Assembly: GCF_006345805.1 (NCBI RefSeq)
Contig: NC_042997.1
Location: 40,238,001 to 40,302,000 of the forward strand
DNA from: Octopus sinensis
Taxonomy: Eukaryota
DNA length: 64,000 bases
Direction of reading: 5' to 3'
Shown piece by piece: positions 1 through 13,129 of this stretch. The first letter of the stretch is position 1; every line of letters starts with the position of its first letter. The notes below the pieces were generated by a model that was not told the DNA's origin, did no database searches, and saw only the letters and a program-made list of their open reading frames with translations. The position numbers and the translations under genes are program-made.

Positions 1-153
1 ATTTGTTTAGATTATTGTAGGCACATAAATGCGAATATCTGATTCCCAGTTTCTTGTGCTTATCACTTTTTCAATATTCCCCAGAATTTTTTCATCTCTT
101 TTCTGATTAAATTTTGTCTTTCAGAGAGGTCTTCTATTCTTAGAAAATATATA

Positions 154-552
154 TCTTTATATATAAAAGTGAAGTTGTGTGTCTGTCTCCTCCGATTTAG
201 ATTCCTAACTACTCCCACATTTTGCGGTACAGTTTAACTAAAAGTGGGTATCTTATAGTCGTGATTCATATCGAGCCCTTCTGGGTATTAGCGCGCGTCT
301 ACGATGAGTCTACGATTAAAAAAAAAATTTACCATAATTTTTTCCCATTTGTAATGAATTTTTCTGCTATTATATAAGGGAAGTAACTCTCTAAAAATGT
401 ATTATTAAATCTCAGAAGGTAAAAAGCTACAGTAATACCCCCTCCCCTTTGTGGTTAGCCATATTGAGATGGCTATTATACTTTACATCTCTAAAAATGC
501 TTATATAGTTATTTCCTTTACAAACCCGAGCAACGCCGGGCGATACTGCTAG
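154..552 (+). mobile_element. Non-autonomous Helitron, family H1 copy 1
   Basis: A|TC 5' end (TCTTTATATATAAAAG), 3' hairpin CCCGAGCAACGCCGGG then CTAG|T, no TSD; two more copies at 44338 and 45034. Confidence 0.85.
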
Positions 553-1384
553 TCCATTATGAATCTGTTATAATTTTTGAAGTCGTCTATATCATATTTT
601 CCCTATTTCAGCATTGTATTGTTTTCTCCCTTTCCCTTTATCTTGCTGTCTTTTAACCCCTTTTCTTGTTTTTTTTTTCTATTAATATTTCTTGTACGTA
701 TTTAAAAATATCCTTTTTCATTTTGCTTTTGGAAATTCTTTCATTCTTTTCTTTTTAATCTTAAAAGTGTGAGATATCGCATAGTGATATCAAATGTCAT
801 ATTGTTCCTATATACCTAAATTTAGGGAGTAGGCACCAGGTTTATTTAAGAAAGTTAACTGCTATGCGAGTATCTGCTATTTAGTTGGGGATTTGTGCTT
901 TGTTTGCTTAATGCTACAACTAACATAATGCACCAGCTCTTATGCAAAAAGGCAAGTCCATGCAATGGAGTAAATACCACCGCTCTAATACTAGATTAAA
1001 CCCTGAGTTTTATACTGGAGTAAATTACTAGTTTTCTGCTGGGGTGGATCATGGGACGTAAATTGGAGTTAGATATCAGTTTCATGCTGGAACTAATGAC
1101 CAGTATTACAGTGAGATCAAGCACTGACCGTATACAATAATCTAGAAGTGGCCGTAAGCAGGAAAGCAGCACCGGCTTCTTAAAGCCATTCACTGATCCA
1201 AATAATCGTGCAGTACTAGTCCTATACTCGGGTCAGAAATTTTTCCATAATAAAGTCGACTACAGATCGTATACCAGAGCCAAGAACTGGATTATGGCAC
1301 CAGCTTTGTATGAGTGTTCTTTAACAAAGAAAAAAAACTAAAACCCGAACACCTTCGGATGTCGTAATTTATATATATACACTT

Positions 1385-2085
1385 CTTTTTAGTTGTTTCT
1401 GTCATTTGACTGCAGCCATGCTGGATCACCACTTAAAGGGTTTTAGCCGAAGAAATCGACCACAGGACTTATTCTTTGTAAGCCTAGTACTTATTCTATC
1501 AGTCGCTTTTGCTGAATCGTTAAGTTATGGGGGGTGTAAACACACCAACATCGGTTGTCAGGCGATGGTGGTGGGTGATGAACACAGACACAAATATATA
1601 TATATATATATATGTATAGGGAAAAATAAGTTCAAATAGAGAGCAATTCAAACTTTTTGAGAGGTCCAAAAAGAGCGAAGAATGATTTCCAAAAAAGATT
1701 TATGATATTCATAAAAAACAGCCAGAGCAAGTAATAAGAATATGAAAATAGTAGTTGAAAAATATCGTTATAGGTATAAATATACCATAAACATTTATGG
1801 AAAAGTGGAGGAGAAAAAATATTGAATCAAAATTAGATTTAATACAAAATAGAAGTCAATACATACGCGCGTTTCAAAGGACAATACACACATGTAAGAA
1901 AAATTATATAACCATTGTAATGATTAAGTTTATGCATTGTCATTTTCAATGACAGGCTTCGTTCAATTTCTGTCTACCAAATCCATTTGACCGACCCGAG
2001 GTTATAAGAGAAGACACTTCCCCAAGGTGAACCCGAAACTATGTGGTTGGGAAGCAAGCTTCTTACCACACAGTTACGCTTGTGC
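1385..2085 (-). mobile_element. SINE family A copy split by a ~335-bp insertion in its internal (TA)n
   Basis: 3' half at 1385-1610 and degraded 5' half at 1950-2085 match other family A copies; 1611-1945 is unrelated sequence. Confidence 0.7.
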
Positions 2086-2809
2086 CTATATAATATATTA
2101 ACTTTAAGTCTAACTGATTTTCCATCTATCTATCATCTTTCCAATATTTTATGGTATTTTTTCGATACGTAAGAATTACCTTCATATAAAATCAAGCTTT
2201 CATCTAGAGAAAAGGGGGTAGTTTTACTAGTTAGTAAAGCGTTAGAGAGGCAGAACTGCCGATCACTCACCTGAATACCCCACAATACTTTATATCATTT
2301 TCTTAAGCAGAGGGGTTATACGCTCCCAGGGTCTATGTTGTGCGTGATTCATTTACTTTCCATACTGCATCCCCCATCGCTAATATTATTCCCTCGCCTT
2401 GTATTCGTCTTCTGTCTTGAATTCTTGTTGGTATTTCCCTTTATAGAGGGAAATAGGAAGCCAGATACACACACATATACGTATACACACATATATGCAT
2501 ATATGCACACGCGCGCGCGCAAAACGCATATACACACACCAGGCTAGTGTCTAGCATGGAATAACTCAACTTATAGACACATAGTCGCTCTTTCGTATTA
2601 GCAAACGGTGCACACATATGCAGGCGCAAACACGGACAAACAAGATGCATGTGTGCATGTGTGCGTGTGTGCGATGCGGATGTGTGAAACTGAATCAAAT
2701 TGTTATTAAATAGTTATGTATACACACACATACACATTTTAAAGTTTGTCAAGTTATATATAAAGCAATTTAACATAAAAAGACAGGTTAACATGAAAGT
2801 GAAGGATTA

Positions 2810-3036
2810 CTCTTTACTCTTTTACTCTTTTACTTGTGTCAGTCACGTGACTGTGGCCATGCTGGAGCACCGCCTTTAGTCGAGCAAATCGACCCCGGAC
2901 TTATTCTTTGTAAGCCTAGTACTTATTCTATCGGTCCCTTTTGCCGAACCGCTAAGTGACGGGGACGTAAACACACCAGCATCGGTTGTCAAGCGATGTT
3001 GGGGGAATAAACACAGACACACAATTATATACACAC

Positions 3037-3089
<53 letters not shown>

Positions 3090-3250
3090 TACGACGGGCT
3101 TCTTTCAGTTTCCGTCTACCAAATCCACTCACGAGGCTTTGGTCGGCCCGAGGCTATAGTAGAAGACACTTGCCTAAGGTGCCACATAGTGGGACTGAAC
3201 CCGGAACCATGTGGTTCGTAAGCAAGCTACTTACCACACAGCCACTCCTG
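2810..3250 (-). mobile_element. tRNA-derived SINE family A (internal CA/TA microsatellite)
   Basis: Head CAGGAGTGGCTGTGTGGTAAG...GGTTCAGTCCC (A/B-box-like), tail CATGGCC..AGTC...GACTGA.ACAAGTAAAAGAG; more than 10 copies in the window. Confidence 0.9.
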
Positions 3251-3506
3251 TTTTTTAACATTACACTTTCACAAAAAAAAAGATTGACAGTAACTTCGAA
3301 GTTATGGTTTGCTCTTCTTCGGTAGCCTGCGCTTCACTTGGTTTCTGCTTGTCTCAATATATTCCTTAGCAACTTAACATTTTTGGATAGGTAGATCTAT
3401 GTGGAACGATAATAAGGTGCAGTGATAACTTGGTGTGGTGTTGGTAGATGGGGGAGAATAGTTGTGCATGAAGACGAGACTGAGGATGAGAGGAAAGTAC
3501 GTTTCT

Positions 3507-3892
3507 GGAAGCACTCTGTCGGTTACGACGACGAGGGTTCCCGTTGATCCGAATCAACGGAACAGCCTGCTCGTGAAATTAACGTGCAAGTGGCTGAGCA
3601 CTCCACAGACACGTGTACCCTTAACGTAGTTCTCGGGGATATTCAGCGTGACACAGAGAGTGACAAGGCCGGCCCTTTGAAATACAGGTACAACAGAAAC
3701 AGGAAGTAAGAGTGAAAGAAAGTTGTGGTGAAAGAGTACAGCAGGGATCACCACCATCCCCTGCCGGAGCCTCGTGGAGCTTTCAGGTGTTTTCGCTCAA
3801 TAAACACTCACAACGCCCGGTCTGGGAATCGAAACCGCGATCCTATGACCGCGAGTCCGCTGCCCTAACCATTGGGCCATTGTGCCTCCACT
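3507..3892 (-). mobile_element. tRNA-derived SINE family C, full length with TSD
   Basis: Head GGAGGCACAATGGCCCAATGGTTAGGGCAGCGGACTCGCGG...TTCGATTCC; 12-bp TSD AAGTACGTTTCT at 3495-3506 and 3893-3904; second copy at 31505. Confidence 0.9.
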
Positions 3893-4166
3893 AAGTACGT
3901 TTCTAGGGTGTAGGTTGATAGAAATTTATTATGAGGAGATTTTATTTGGTTTGGTATAGTTTTTATTGATTAGACTTCAGTTAAGCGTGAAAGAAACAGT
4001 GTAATGAGGTGTGTCAGATTCATGTCAGGACATTCTTTATATAAGCTGAATTTTGTGTTTTGGGGTTACGAAAGAATTTTTGTAGATAAATTAGTTGCTC
4101 ACACTGTATATGTAGACGGTTAAATTGGTGTTGGATTTAGTAGATTTCTATTAAGAAATTTTAAAC

Positions 4167-4570
4167 AGGCGCAGGAGTGGCTGTGTGGTGAGTTGCTTGC
4201 TAACCAACCACATGGTTCCGGGTTCAGTCCCACTGCGTGGCATCTTGGGCAAGTGTCTTCTGCTATAGCCCCGGGCCGACCAATGCCTTGTGAGTGGATT
4301 TGGTAGACGGAAACTGAAAGAAGCCTGTCGTATATATGTATATATATATATGTATGTGTGTGTTTGTGTGTTTGTGTTTGTCCCCCTAGCATTGCTTGAC
4401 AACCGATGCCGGTGTGCTTACGACCCCGTCACTTAGCGGTTCGGCAAAAAGAGACCGATAGAATAAGTACTGGACTTACAAAGAATAAGCCCCGGGGTCG
4501 ATTTGCTCGACTAAAGGCGGTGCTCCAGCATGGCCACAGTCAAATGACTGAAACAAGTAAAAAGAGTAAA
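4167..4570 (+). mobile_element. SINE family A
   Basis: Full-length match to 2810-3250. Confidence 0.9.
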
Positions 4571-5144
4571 AAAAATAAGTGTAAAGAGTTATTTTGGGAA
4601 GGTTGAAATTAAAGGAATATGTTAGCATAAATATTTATTGGAGTTTTGTAGTCTGTTTCTAGCGGGCTTGTATTTATATTATATTATTGTAGTGGTATAT
4701 GTATATATCTAATCCTAAAATCTTACTTATATATCCAGATGAATGCATAAAGTTGATGCATTTTTCCATGGGTATATCCAACTATAAGATGCATATGCAT
4801 AAACAATATACAGATTAATAGTACATAAATATAGCTATACAAATGCATATCGACATCTATACATAGAAAATAATCAGAAATACAACCCTTACAGCCCTGT
4901 GACCCCACTAAGCTCCATGCGATTCTAAGAAATTGTAGTCTATTCTTAGTCACTCTGCTACAATAACAACATGAATTTATTCCAGCTTCTTACTCTGTTA
5001 AAATATTAAAAAAAAAATTAATGTGTCCTACTTGTCATAAAATTCTATATTTTGTGCAGCTGAAGATAGCACTACATTTAAATTGATGTAATTATTGCAT
5101 TGTTCAATTAAATGGAGTCGTTTGAAAAGGTCGTACTGCATTAC

Positions 5145-5312
5145 TACTTGATATCGAACCCAATACGCAACTGGTACTTAATTTATCGACCTCGAAAGGA
5201 TGAAAGGCAAAGACGACCTCGGCAGAATTTTAACTCAGAACGTAAAAACAGACGAAATATCGCTAAGCATTTCGCCCAGTGTGCAAACGTTTCTGCTAGC
5301 TCGCCGCCTTCG
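5145..5312 (-). mobile_element. SINE family B, 3'-truncated (Nin/Deu-like core)
   Basis: Head GGCGGCGAGCTAGCAGAAACG and core GCCTTTCATCCTTTCG.GGTCGATAAATTAAGTACCAG, similar to the Nin-DC/Deu SINE core. Confidence 0.8.
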
Positions 5313-5340
5313 CTCTGACAGATATTGCTATATTCCAAGT

Positions 5341-7070
5341 TGTCGATAGAATGGTTCTATCTGGTACGTACGACCCCCAGTCGTAACAGTATTATAATGC
5401 TCAAAAGGTTGGATCAATATAACGTCCACTCAATATCGCAATATGATTACTAAATCAGCACAGACACGACTCCCAGCACAGTCTACACGTACTCTCGACC
5501 TTCTGACCTTCTCTTGCCGACCAACTACTGGTCTATTTATAATGGCTCCCTTCTACCACTTTTTACCTGTATGGTGTGCAGTTTCACTATACATCATCTT
5601 CCTTTATACTAAATATCTATATACTAAATATCTTCTCTTCTTAGGGTCTACATTCAGGAATTCAGTGTTCTTCATTTTCTTTGTACGTATGGTTTCGACT
5701 TCTTGTAACGGTGTTCGAACCTGAAAAGTGTCATATAGCCAATCCTTCGGTATTGCTATTCTTGTTGGTTCCTTTTCTACGACTCTTTCCTTAAGCTGAT
5801 TTCTATGTCTCCTTTCCATACCATTTCTGCTTCTTACACCATACATCATTATTCCTATGTATGTTACAATTTCTCCCTCTTCCCAGTATTGCTTGCCATT
5901 TTTGTACATTCTTACACATACCTTATCATCGATTCTAAAGAATTTTGGCAAGTCTTTGCTAGTACATATTTTTCTCTTCACTGCTAACAGTCTATCGAAT
6001 CTTACTTTACCTTTTTGGCAAACATTAATTCTGCAGGTGAACTTCCTTCTGGCGCATTTGAGTTCGGAGTTACTCTGCATATCTTTAAGAATTGTTGGAT
6101 CGTGACCTCATCCGTGGCTTCCTTATTAGCTTTATTTAAAGCTCTCTTAAAAGTGTCCACGAACCATTCGATCTAGGGTGATACGGTGTTATAATTTTAT
6201 TTTCTAAGCTGAACATCTCGCAGAATCTTTTAAACTCACAGGACACAAATTGTGTTCCGTTATCAGAGGCAATTATATCCGGTACACCAAATCTTGCGAA
6301 CAGCTCATGTAAGAAGTTTATTACCGTATACGAGGTTGGTCATTTACAACTCACGACCTCAGACCATTTTATGTAGCTGTCCACTACTATTAAGTAATAA
6401 TATCCATTTACCGGGCCTGCAAAATCGATATGCAATCGGGACCATGGTATTTTCACTTCTGGCCAAGGTTCACATCTTGTAGTAGGTAGTTTCGCTGTCA
6501 GAGCACATTCCTTGCAGCCTTTTACCAGGTTTTCGACTTCTTGTCCATGCTTGACCAGTATACGAAACTTCGTATCAGCGCTTTCATTCTAGAAATGCCT
6601 GGAATTTCCACATGAAACTCTTTTAGCATTCTCTTTTGTAACGTCTGTGGTATGACCACCCTCTGGGCGTACATTACTACACCATCAAATACAGTGTACA
6701 CGTTCACATCTTGGCGGTTCTTTGCATCAGACCTTATTTTTATTCCTTTTGTAGACCACAGTTTTCTTTTCGTCTCATTGATAAATTTGTCATTTCTCAG
6801 GTACTGCAATAGTTTGGGATTCAAAGGTCCGCAGAGAATTAATATCTGTAAGATTTACCATGGAGCGGGAGTAGATCTTTTAAAGTAGCATCTTCACCTT
6901 CTGCTGCCCAAGATCTCAGATGAAGCTACACTACGACAAGAAGCTCAAACGAAGACAACAGTATCAAACTCCCTCATTCACGAAAATCCAATTATGTTGG
7001 AATGGTCATTGGAAAGGTAATAATACTGGCAATGCTTCTGCATGGCAACAGCCTTTACGCTGAAGAGCAT
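5341..7070 (-). mobile_element. Ty3/Gypsy LTR retrotransposon remnant (RNase H fragment, integrase, 3' LTR)
   Basis: Integrase Zn finger region (RVVIPQTLQKRMLKEFH..PGISRMKALIRSFVYW) and core (CKEC...PWSRLHIDFAGPVNGYYYLIVVDSY) with frameshifts; purine tract AAGGAAGATGA before a TGT..ACA LTR candidate at 5341-5593. Confidence 0.85.
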
Positions 7071-7241
7071 AAAAGTATAAAAGAATGAAAAAGAATATTC
7101 AGAGTCAGTTAAGTAATTGGTAGACGAGGATAATCAATAAAAAATATTAAATCAAAATGGCTATGGTGGAATTGTTCCCAGTGCATAGTTAATAGGTGGA
7201 GAAATGCTGAATTATTCTCATATTAATGAGAAGTGAAAGAT

Positions 7242-7460
7242 AAGGCCGGCGAGCTGGCAGAATCGTTTGTACGCCGGGTAAAGCGCTTAGCGGTATTTCG
7301 TCCGTCTTTACGTTCTAAGTTCAAATTCCGCTGTGGTCGACTTCGCTTTTCATCCTTTCGGGGTCGATAAAATAAATAGCAGTTGAGCACTTGGGTCGAT
7401 ATAATCGACTTACTCCTTCTCCAAAATGACTGGCTTCGTGCCAAAATTTGAAACCAATCT
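7242..7460 (+). mobile_element. SINE family B, tail variant B2
   Basis: Family B head and core, tail ...GTGCCAAAATTTGAAACCAAT. Confidence 0.85.
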
Positions 7461-8447
7461 GAGGTGAAAAATAGGCAACAATCGTTTGTACTTAATATGT
7501 GTGCATATTGAAGCATTTTAATGGACTTGTTATTTGTTCTACTTTTTAATCTTTTCGTTTCATAGTCTAAGCTTAATTTCAATTTTTGTTCCATTGGTTA
7601 TTACCATATTCATTTCATTGTTGAATTACCTGTCTAAAACTTGTATCAAAGTATATATGTATATCAAGCTAGCTCTATTAAATTTATGTTACTGCATCTA
7701 ATTTGTACACATACAGTTAAATTACCATTTCTAACTCAACTGATTTCTTTCTTATATTTCACCCAACAATTATTCCACGCTCTCCAGTCTTGCCCATCTC
7801 CTTATTCACACTTTTAGTCCTCTCTCGTAATTATACTTTATAGCTATGTAATCCGCATTATATGTACATTATGATAATTCGTACCTTTATGAAAATACAT
7901 TAAATTTCACACTCTTCCCTTTAATCTGATGTTATATTTTATATTCATATCTTTCTCTTTATGCATCGACTGTAATACACTTTTTTTTATCTGCATCTGC
8001 TACTATTTCAGTCATGTAATATATTTCTATAATCATTGTAAGATCTATTTTCTAAAGTTAAATCATTTGCATTGTTGCTATATTACAATATATATTGCTA
8101 TATTCAGCTTCATTTTCGTTGGATGTGATGTATGTTATATTTATGTTAATTCTTAGATTTAATTCTACTGCATCATTATATATCAAATTGCTCAGTTACA
8201 ACTTGTACTTTTAACACACACACATAAACATTGGCATAATCATCAAACAATAAAACTGCTTTTGTGTGGAAAATAACAAGGACAGTTCTAACAAATGTAT
8301 TAATTCCTCGGCCGTCTTCAACAAATGTGTTTACACAAGCATACACTCACGTATAAGTATATGCGTATATATGTGTATATATATATATATAATATATATA
8401 TATATATATACACGTACATATATATATTTACATACATACATACACAC

Positions 8448-8478
<31 letters not shown>

Positions 8479-8507
8479 ACACACACACACACACACACAT
8501 ATATTAT

Positions 8508-8542
<35 letters not shown>

Positions 8543-8543
<1 letters not shown>

Positions 8544-10545
8544 GTGAGAATTTACAAAAAAAACGAAGACAGGTGTGTAAACAACAAACAGATGTATTAG
8601 TTTAACGCTCGGGAAGTGAGAAAGTCTTTTACGTTTCGAGCCTATGCTCTTCGACAGAAAGGAACACAGAAATAAACGGGGAGAGAAAATAGAAATGGTT
8701 TAGTTTCTAGCGATCTATCATGGCGAATGCCGGACAGAGGGGTCACACAGGAGAGCTAGGAAGAAGGGGAGATAATAAAGTAGTGGTGATCCCAAAACGA
8801 AGGTGAGCGTGCGTATGTATGTGAGATCGTGTATGTGCGTGTGAAAGGGGACTGGTTACCTTGACGTGTGCGTGTCTGCATGTGTAGGTGTGTGGATGAT
8901 GGTGTAGGTGCTGGAAAGGGGTCAGTGCTAATGTGTGCGCTGGTGTGGGTGCTGGGAAGTGGTCATTGGAGAGGTAGGGTGGTGCGGTAGTAGGTGAGGG
9001 GAAATGGGGGACGGGTGACGGCGGGGCGGGTACGGGGGGAGAGAGTAGATGCACGGTCCACAGAAGTGCTCTGGCAAGGGCGGTGTGGATAGTGGTGAGG
9101 GGATATCCATGAGTTGAGACTGAGTCTCAAAGTCATGGTTGTCACTGCAGAGCTTGCATAGACGGAGGAATTGGGAATAGGGGATGGAAAGCTTTGTGTG
9201 TTTAGGGTGGGAGGAGGAGAAGTTGATGTATGAGTGTGAGTCTGTGTGTTTGTAGTGGATAGAGGTGGTGTGGGTGGAGTGATGAATGCTGACTGAAATG
9301 TCGCGAAAGGTGACTGAAGTGTCGGAAATAGTGAGAGGAGAAGTGGAGGGCAGGATGGAAAGATTTGACAAAAGAGAGGAAGGAGTCTAGATGTTCGCGG
9401 GAAAGTGAGGTCGCACCGATACAGTCGACAATATAACGACTGTATAGTTCAGGAGTGGGACCATTGAACTCGAGAATATTTGGGCCTCAACGTAGCCAAC
9501 AAACAGGTTCGCATAGTTGGGGACCACTCTCGTTCCTATGGTCACTCCCGAGACCTACTGGTAAAAATCACCCGCAAACGTGAAGCAGTTAAGTGAGAGG
9601 ACAAGTTCGGCCAGACGAAGGAGTGTGGATGTGTCAGGTCGGGGGTTGGGTAGAAGGTCAAGGAAATGTTGGAGTGCACGCAGCCCCTCGTGGTGAGGGA
9701 CCACCGTGTATTGACTCTTGATATCAAGAGTAAAGAGAAATTTAGAGGGGCCAGGAGAGAAGGAGAAAGAGTTGAACAAACGAAGAGCATGGTTGATGTC
9801 ATGGATGTTAGAGGGGAGGGAAGCCACTAGGGAGGCAAGGACACGGTCAAGATATCTGGAGATGAGTTCGATGGGGAAGTTGCAGGCAGAGACGATGAGG
9901 CAACCAGGGTTGTTAAGCTTGTGGATTTTGGGGATGAAGTAAATTGTGGGATTGTGAGGGGTGCGGACATTGAGGTTAGAGGCGGTGGGGGAGACAGGAG
10001 AAGGAGATGAGGTCATGGATAGTGGAGGACACAGTCTGTTGGTAGCTGGGCGTGGGGTTGGAGGGCAGAGGGCAGAAGAAGGAGGTGTCTTGAAGTTGGC
10101 GGAGAGCTTCCGCCTTGTAGAGGCCCGCGCTCCACACCACCACGGCTCCACCTTTGTCGGCCAGTTTTATGATGATGTCCGTGCGGCGTCGAAGACATCG
10201 AAGGGCCGAGAGTTCGGCTGGGGAGATGTTCAGATGTCAGGGACGCTTGGAAAAGTCAAACCGGTCCACAGCACGCTGGCAGGCGCCCGCAAAAAGATCG
10301 ACTGCTTGGAACTGGCCAGGAGCTGACATCCACTGGGACGGTCGGCGACCCAGGTCGGTGAAGCAGTCCTCCTCATTAGTTGCAGCTGAAGTGTCGCAGA
10401 AAAGCGCACACAACCTAACGCGGCGCACAAAGCTGTGGATATCGGCACGATTCCGAAATTCGTTGCTGGATGGAGTGAGGGGGATGAAGCGCAGACTCCT
10501 ACTGAAGAGGGAGCGTTCCGCCTCGGGGGGGGGGACGCACATATA
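8543..10545 (-). mobile_element. Penelope-like element with near-complete RT and no recognisable endonuclease
   Basis: PLE RT motifs across ORFs 10237-10557, 9555-10151 and 8928-9371 (IYFIPKIHK, FTLDIKSQYT..PHHEG, SSSHPKHTKLSIPYSQFLRL); pyrimidine-rich 3' tail ending in (TA)n; stops and frameshifts. Confidence 0.85.
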
Positions 10546-11320
10546 TATATAAACCATAAAAACTGAGGGGGTATGAAAGGTGAATATATTTAACCACTTG
10601 TCATCCTTAGCCTGACGGTCATTTCGTAGCCTTCATCATATAATAATAATTTCCGTGTATAATAGATTATTTCACATGTCTGCACTAATATGCATGCTAT
10701 GCACCATGCATGCTATGCTCATCGGATTACGAGAACATCGTGGTTACACCAATACTTCAACTCTAAGCATATGTACTAAATTTATTCTTTCTGTATGCAT
10801 TGGAAGACCGATACTGCATAAAATTAGCTTGGTATGGTCATTAAAAATAAATATGAATAATAAATATAGTTTGTTTCATATCAGGTAAGGTGCTGTATCT
10901 AAGCCCAGGCAATTGACCATCCTTAATGATAACAAAAGACAGGAAATGATAGGAAGCGAGGTATTATATTTTGAAAGTAAATATAATTACACATGAAAAA
11001 TATAATAAAATATAATATAAATGAATTCCATAGAGAAGAAGTAGATGCGGATATAAAGCTTATTCCAAAAGATGGTAATGAGCAACAGCTGGTTTTAAAC
11101 AGAGTTAAACGGTCAAAAGAACTAAAACAATTTTCTGAATGAACTCTGGTAAGACCAAAACAATAATCACGCCTACACAGAAGCATTCGCATATCTAAAT
11201 ACATACAAAGACACATACATAAATATACACACGAAATACACATAAATGTATGCATAAGAATACATAAACAAATGTACCTATAAATACATATACATGTAGG
11301 TGCATGTGTGTGTATATATG

Positions 11321-11517
11321 CACAAGGGAGTGCTAAGAAAATACAAGAGGATCAATTAATTGTGATTTTATTTGACATATTCCCCTCTCAGATTCGCACA
11401 CTTTTGCAGCAGTCCTTCAGTTTTTCTAAGCCCTGTAAAAGAATTCGGAAGGTTGGGCCTCCAGCCAGGCCTTCCGTGATTCCCTTAAAGCCAGGAACTT
11501 TTCAGCATCCCCTCGTA
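11321..11517. mobile_element. Tc1/mariner-type MITE
   Basis: Right TIR AAAGCCAGGAACTTTTCAGCATCCCCTCG-TA; related copies at 13990 and 49069. Confidence 0.7.
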
Positions 11518-11651
11518 TATATATATACGTACACACATACATTACTGCATAGATGCACACAAATATATACATAGTGATATTCTATATAGATACATAGATA
11601 CATACGTTCAGTTGCATTCCTTCCATACACAACGTATGCATATATAAGACT

Positions 11652-11960
11652 TATATACAGTTATATACACACATATATAGAATTATATACAGTTATATAC
11701 ACACATATATAGAATTATATACAGTTATATACACACATATATAGAATTATATGCAGTTATATACACACATATATAGAATTATATACAGTTATATACACAC
11801 ATATATAGAATTATATACAGTTATATACACTCATATATAGAATTATATACAGTTATATATACACATATATAGAATTATATACAGTTATATACACTCATAT
11901 ATAGAATTATATACAGTTATATACACACATATATAGAATTATATACAGTTATATACACAC
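11652..11960. repeat. 32-bp minisatellite, ~9.5 copies
   Basis: Unit AGAATTATATACAGTTATATACACACATATAT; AGAATT recurs at 11679, 11711 and onward. Confidence 0.95.
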
Positions 11961-13129
11961 TGGTGCTAGATCATCATCATTAATATACCTACAATTATAG
12001 ATATACAGGCGAAGGAGCAGCTGTGTGGTAAAAAGTTTGTTTCCCAACCACACTGTTCCAGGTTCAGTTCTACTACGTGACACCTTGATCTTTCAATTTA
12101 ATTCAATTTTTATTGGCTCAAAAAGCAAAAGCAAGGCCTTGTAGGGAGACAGGGAGTTATGTACAGGGAGGGTAGTCTACTAGAGCCTCGGGTCGACCAA
12201 AGCCTTGTGAGTAGAGTTTTCAAGGTGTAGAATGACAGAATCATGCTATCCTATAACGATGGCGTGATTCTGGAATTCTAATCTCGAAACCTCTTGTCTG
12301 CATCTCTCTCGGATATTATTCCCTTTTTAGTATTATGCATGATTCATTCAATTTACTCTTATAACCCAGTTTGACAGATTCAATCTAATTGAAGTGTTTA
12401 CCTTATAGCATTATAGACCGACTATATGTTTATATCCATATGCTCTTATGTGAGCCTGGACACATATTTGGTTATGTATGTATTTGTACGTATGTGTACG
12501 CCCATTCGTGTAGATGTCTGTGTGTACACATACACATACACACACACACATACACATATATGCCTTTGTTCTGGTGTGTATGTATGTGTATATCCATCTT
12601 TTTAGGTGTATGGACGTATATTTAAATTTGTATATTATACAGACGTTTGCATTTGCATTTATATTTGTTTGTGTCTTTATGATCGTGTACATCTATAATC
12701 TATACATGTGCAAGTAAGTACATACACATTCATGCGTATAACAGGTTATAAGGACACAATATTTACTCTCATTTTTCCTTAATATTTTCTTATTTTCCCA
12801 CGTGATTTTTTGTTTTTACTTTTTCTCATTTTCTTAGCATTTTTTCGTTGAATAGATAGCTATGTCATCCGAGTGTGAACCGTTACCGAATCGTGCTCGG
12901 TATGCTATACACATCTTTCCGATTACTGCACTAGCCGAACATGAAACTTGAAGTGGCTCACGAATAACTACTGTATCAATTAAATAATATTGTCCTTGCA
13001 TTCAGTGCCTTTTGCCGATCCTACCGACAAACAAAGTGTATAGATATGAAGCTAGTCTCACGTAGTCCGAGAAAAACGTTTCTACAATCTCTTGCTCAAC
13101 AACCTACACAAATGATGTGTTTATATTGA

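Noticed and set aside
3850-3892. tRNA-like heads of the SINEs as tRNA genes
   Set aside because: They have A/B-box similarity only, no full cloverleaf, and run on into SINE bodies.
4120-4606. Recurrent ORFs such as MSSNARGTNT..., PGTMWLVSK and WYLIYRPRKDERQ
   Set aside because: They are antisense or sense translations of SINE families A, B and C and recur at every copy.
11652-11960. Regular repeat array considered as a CRISPR array
   Set aside because: The units are contiguous with no unique spacers, the context is eukaryotic, and there are no cas genes.
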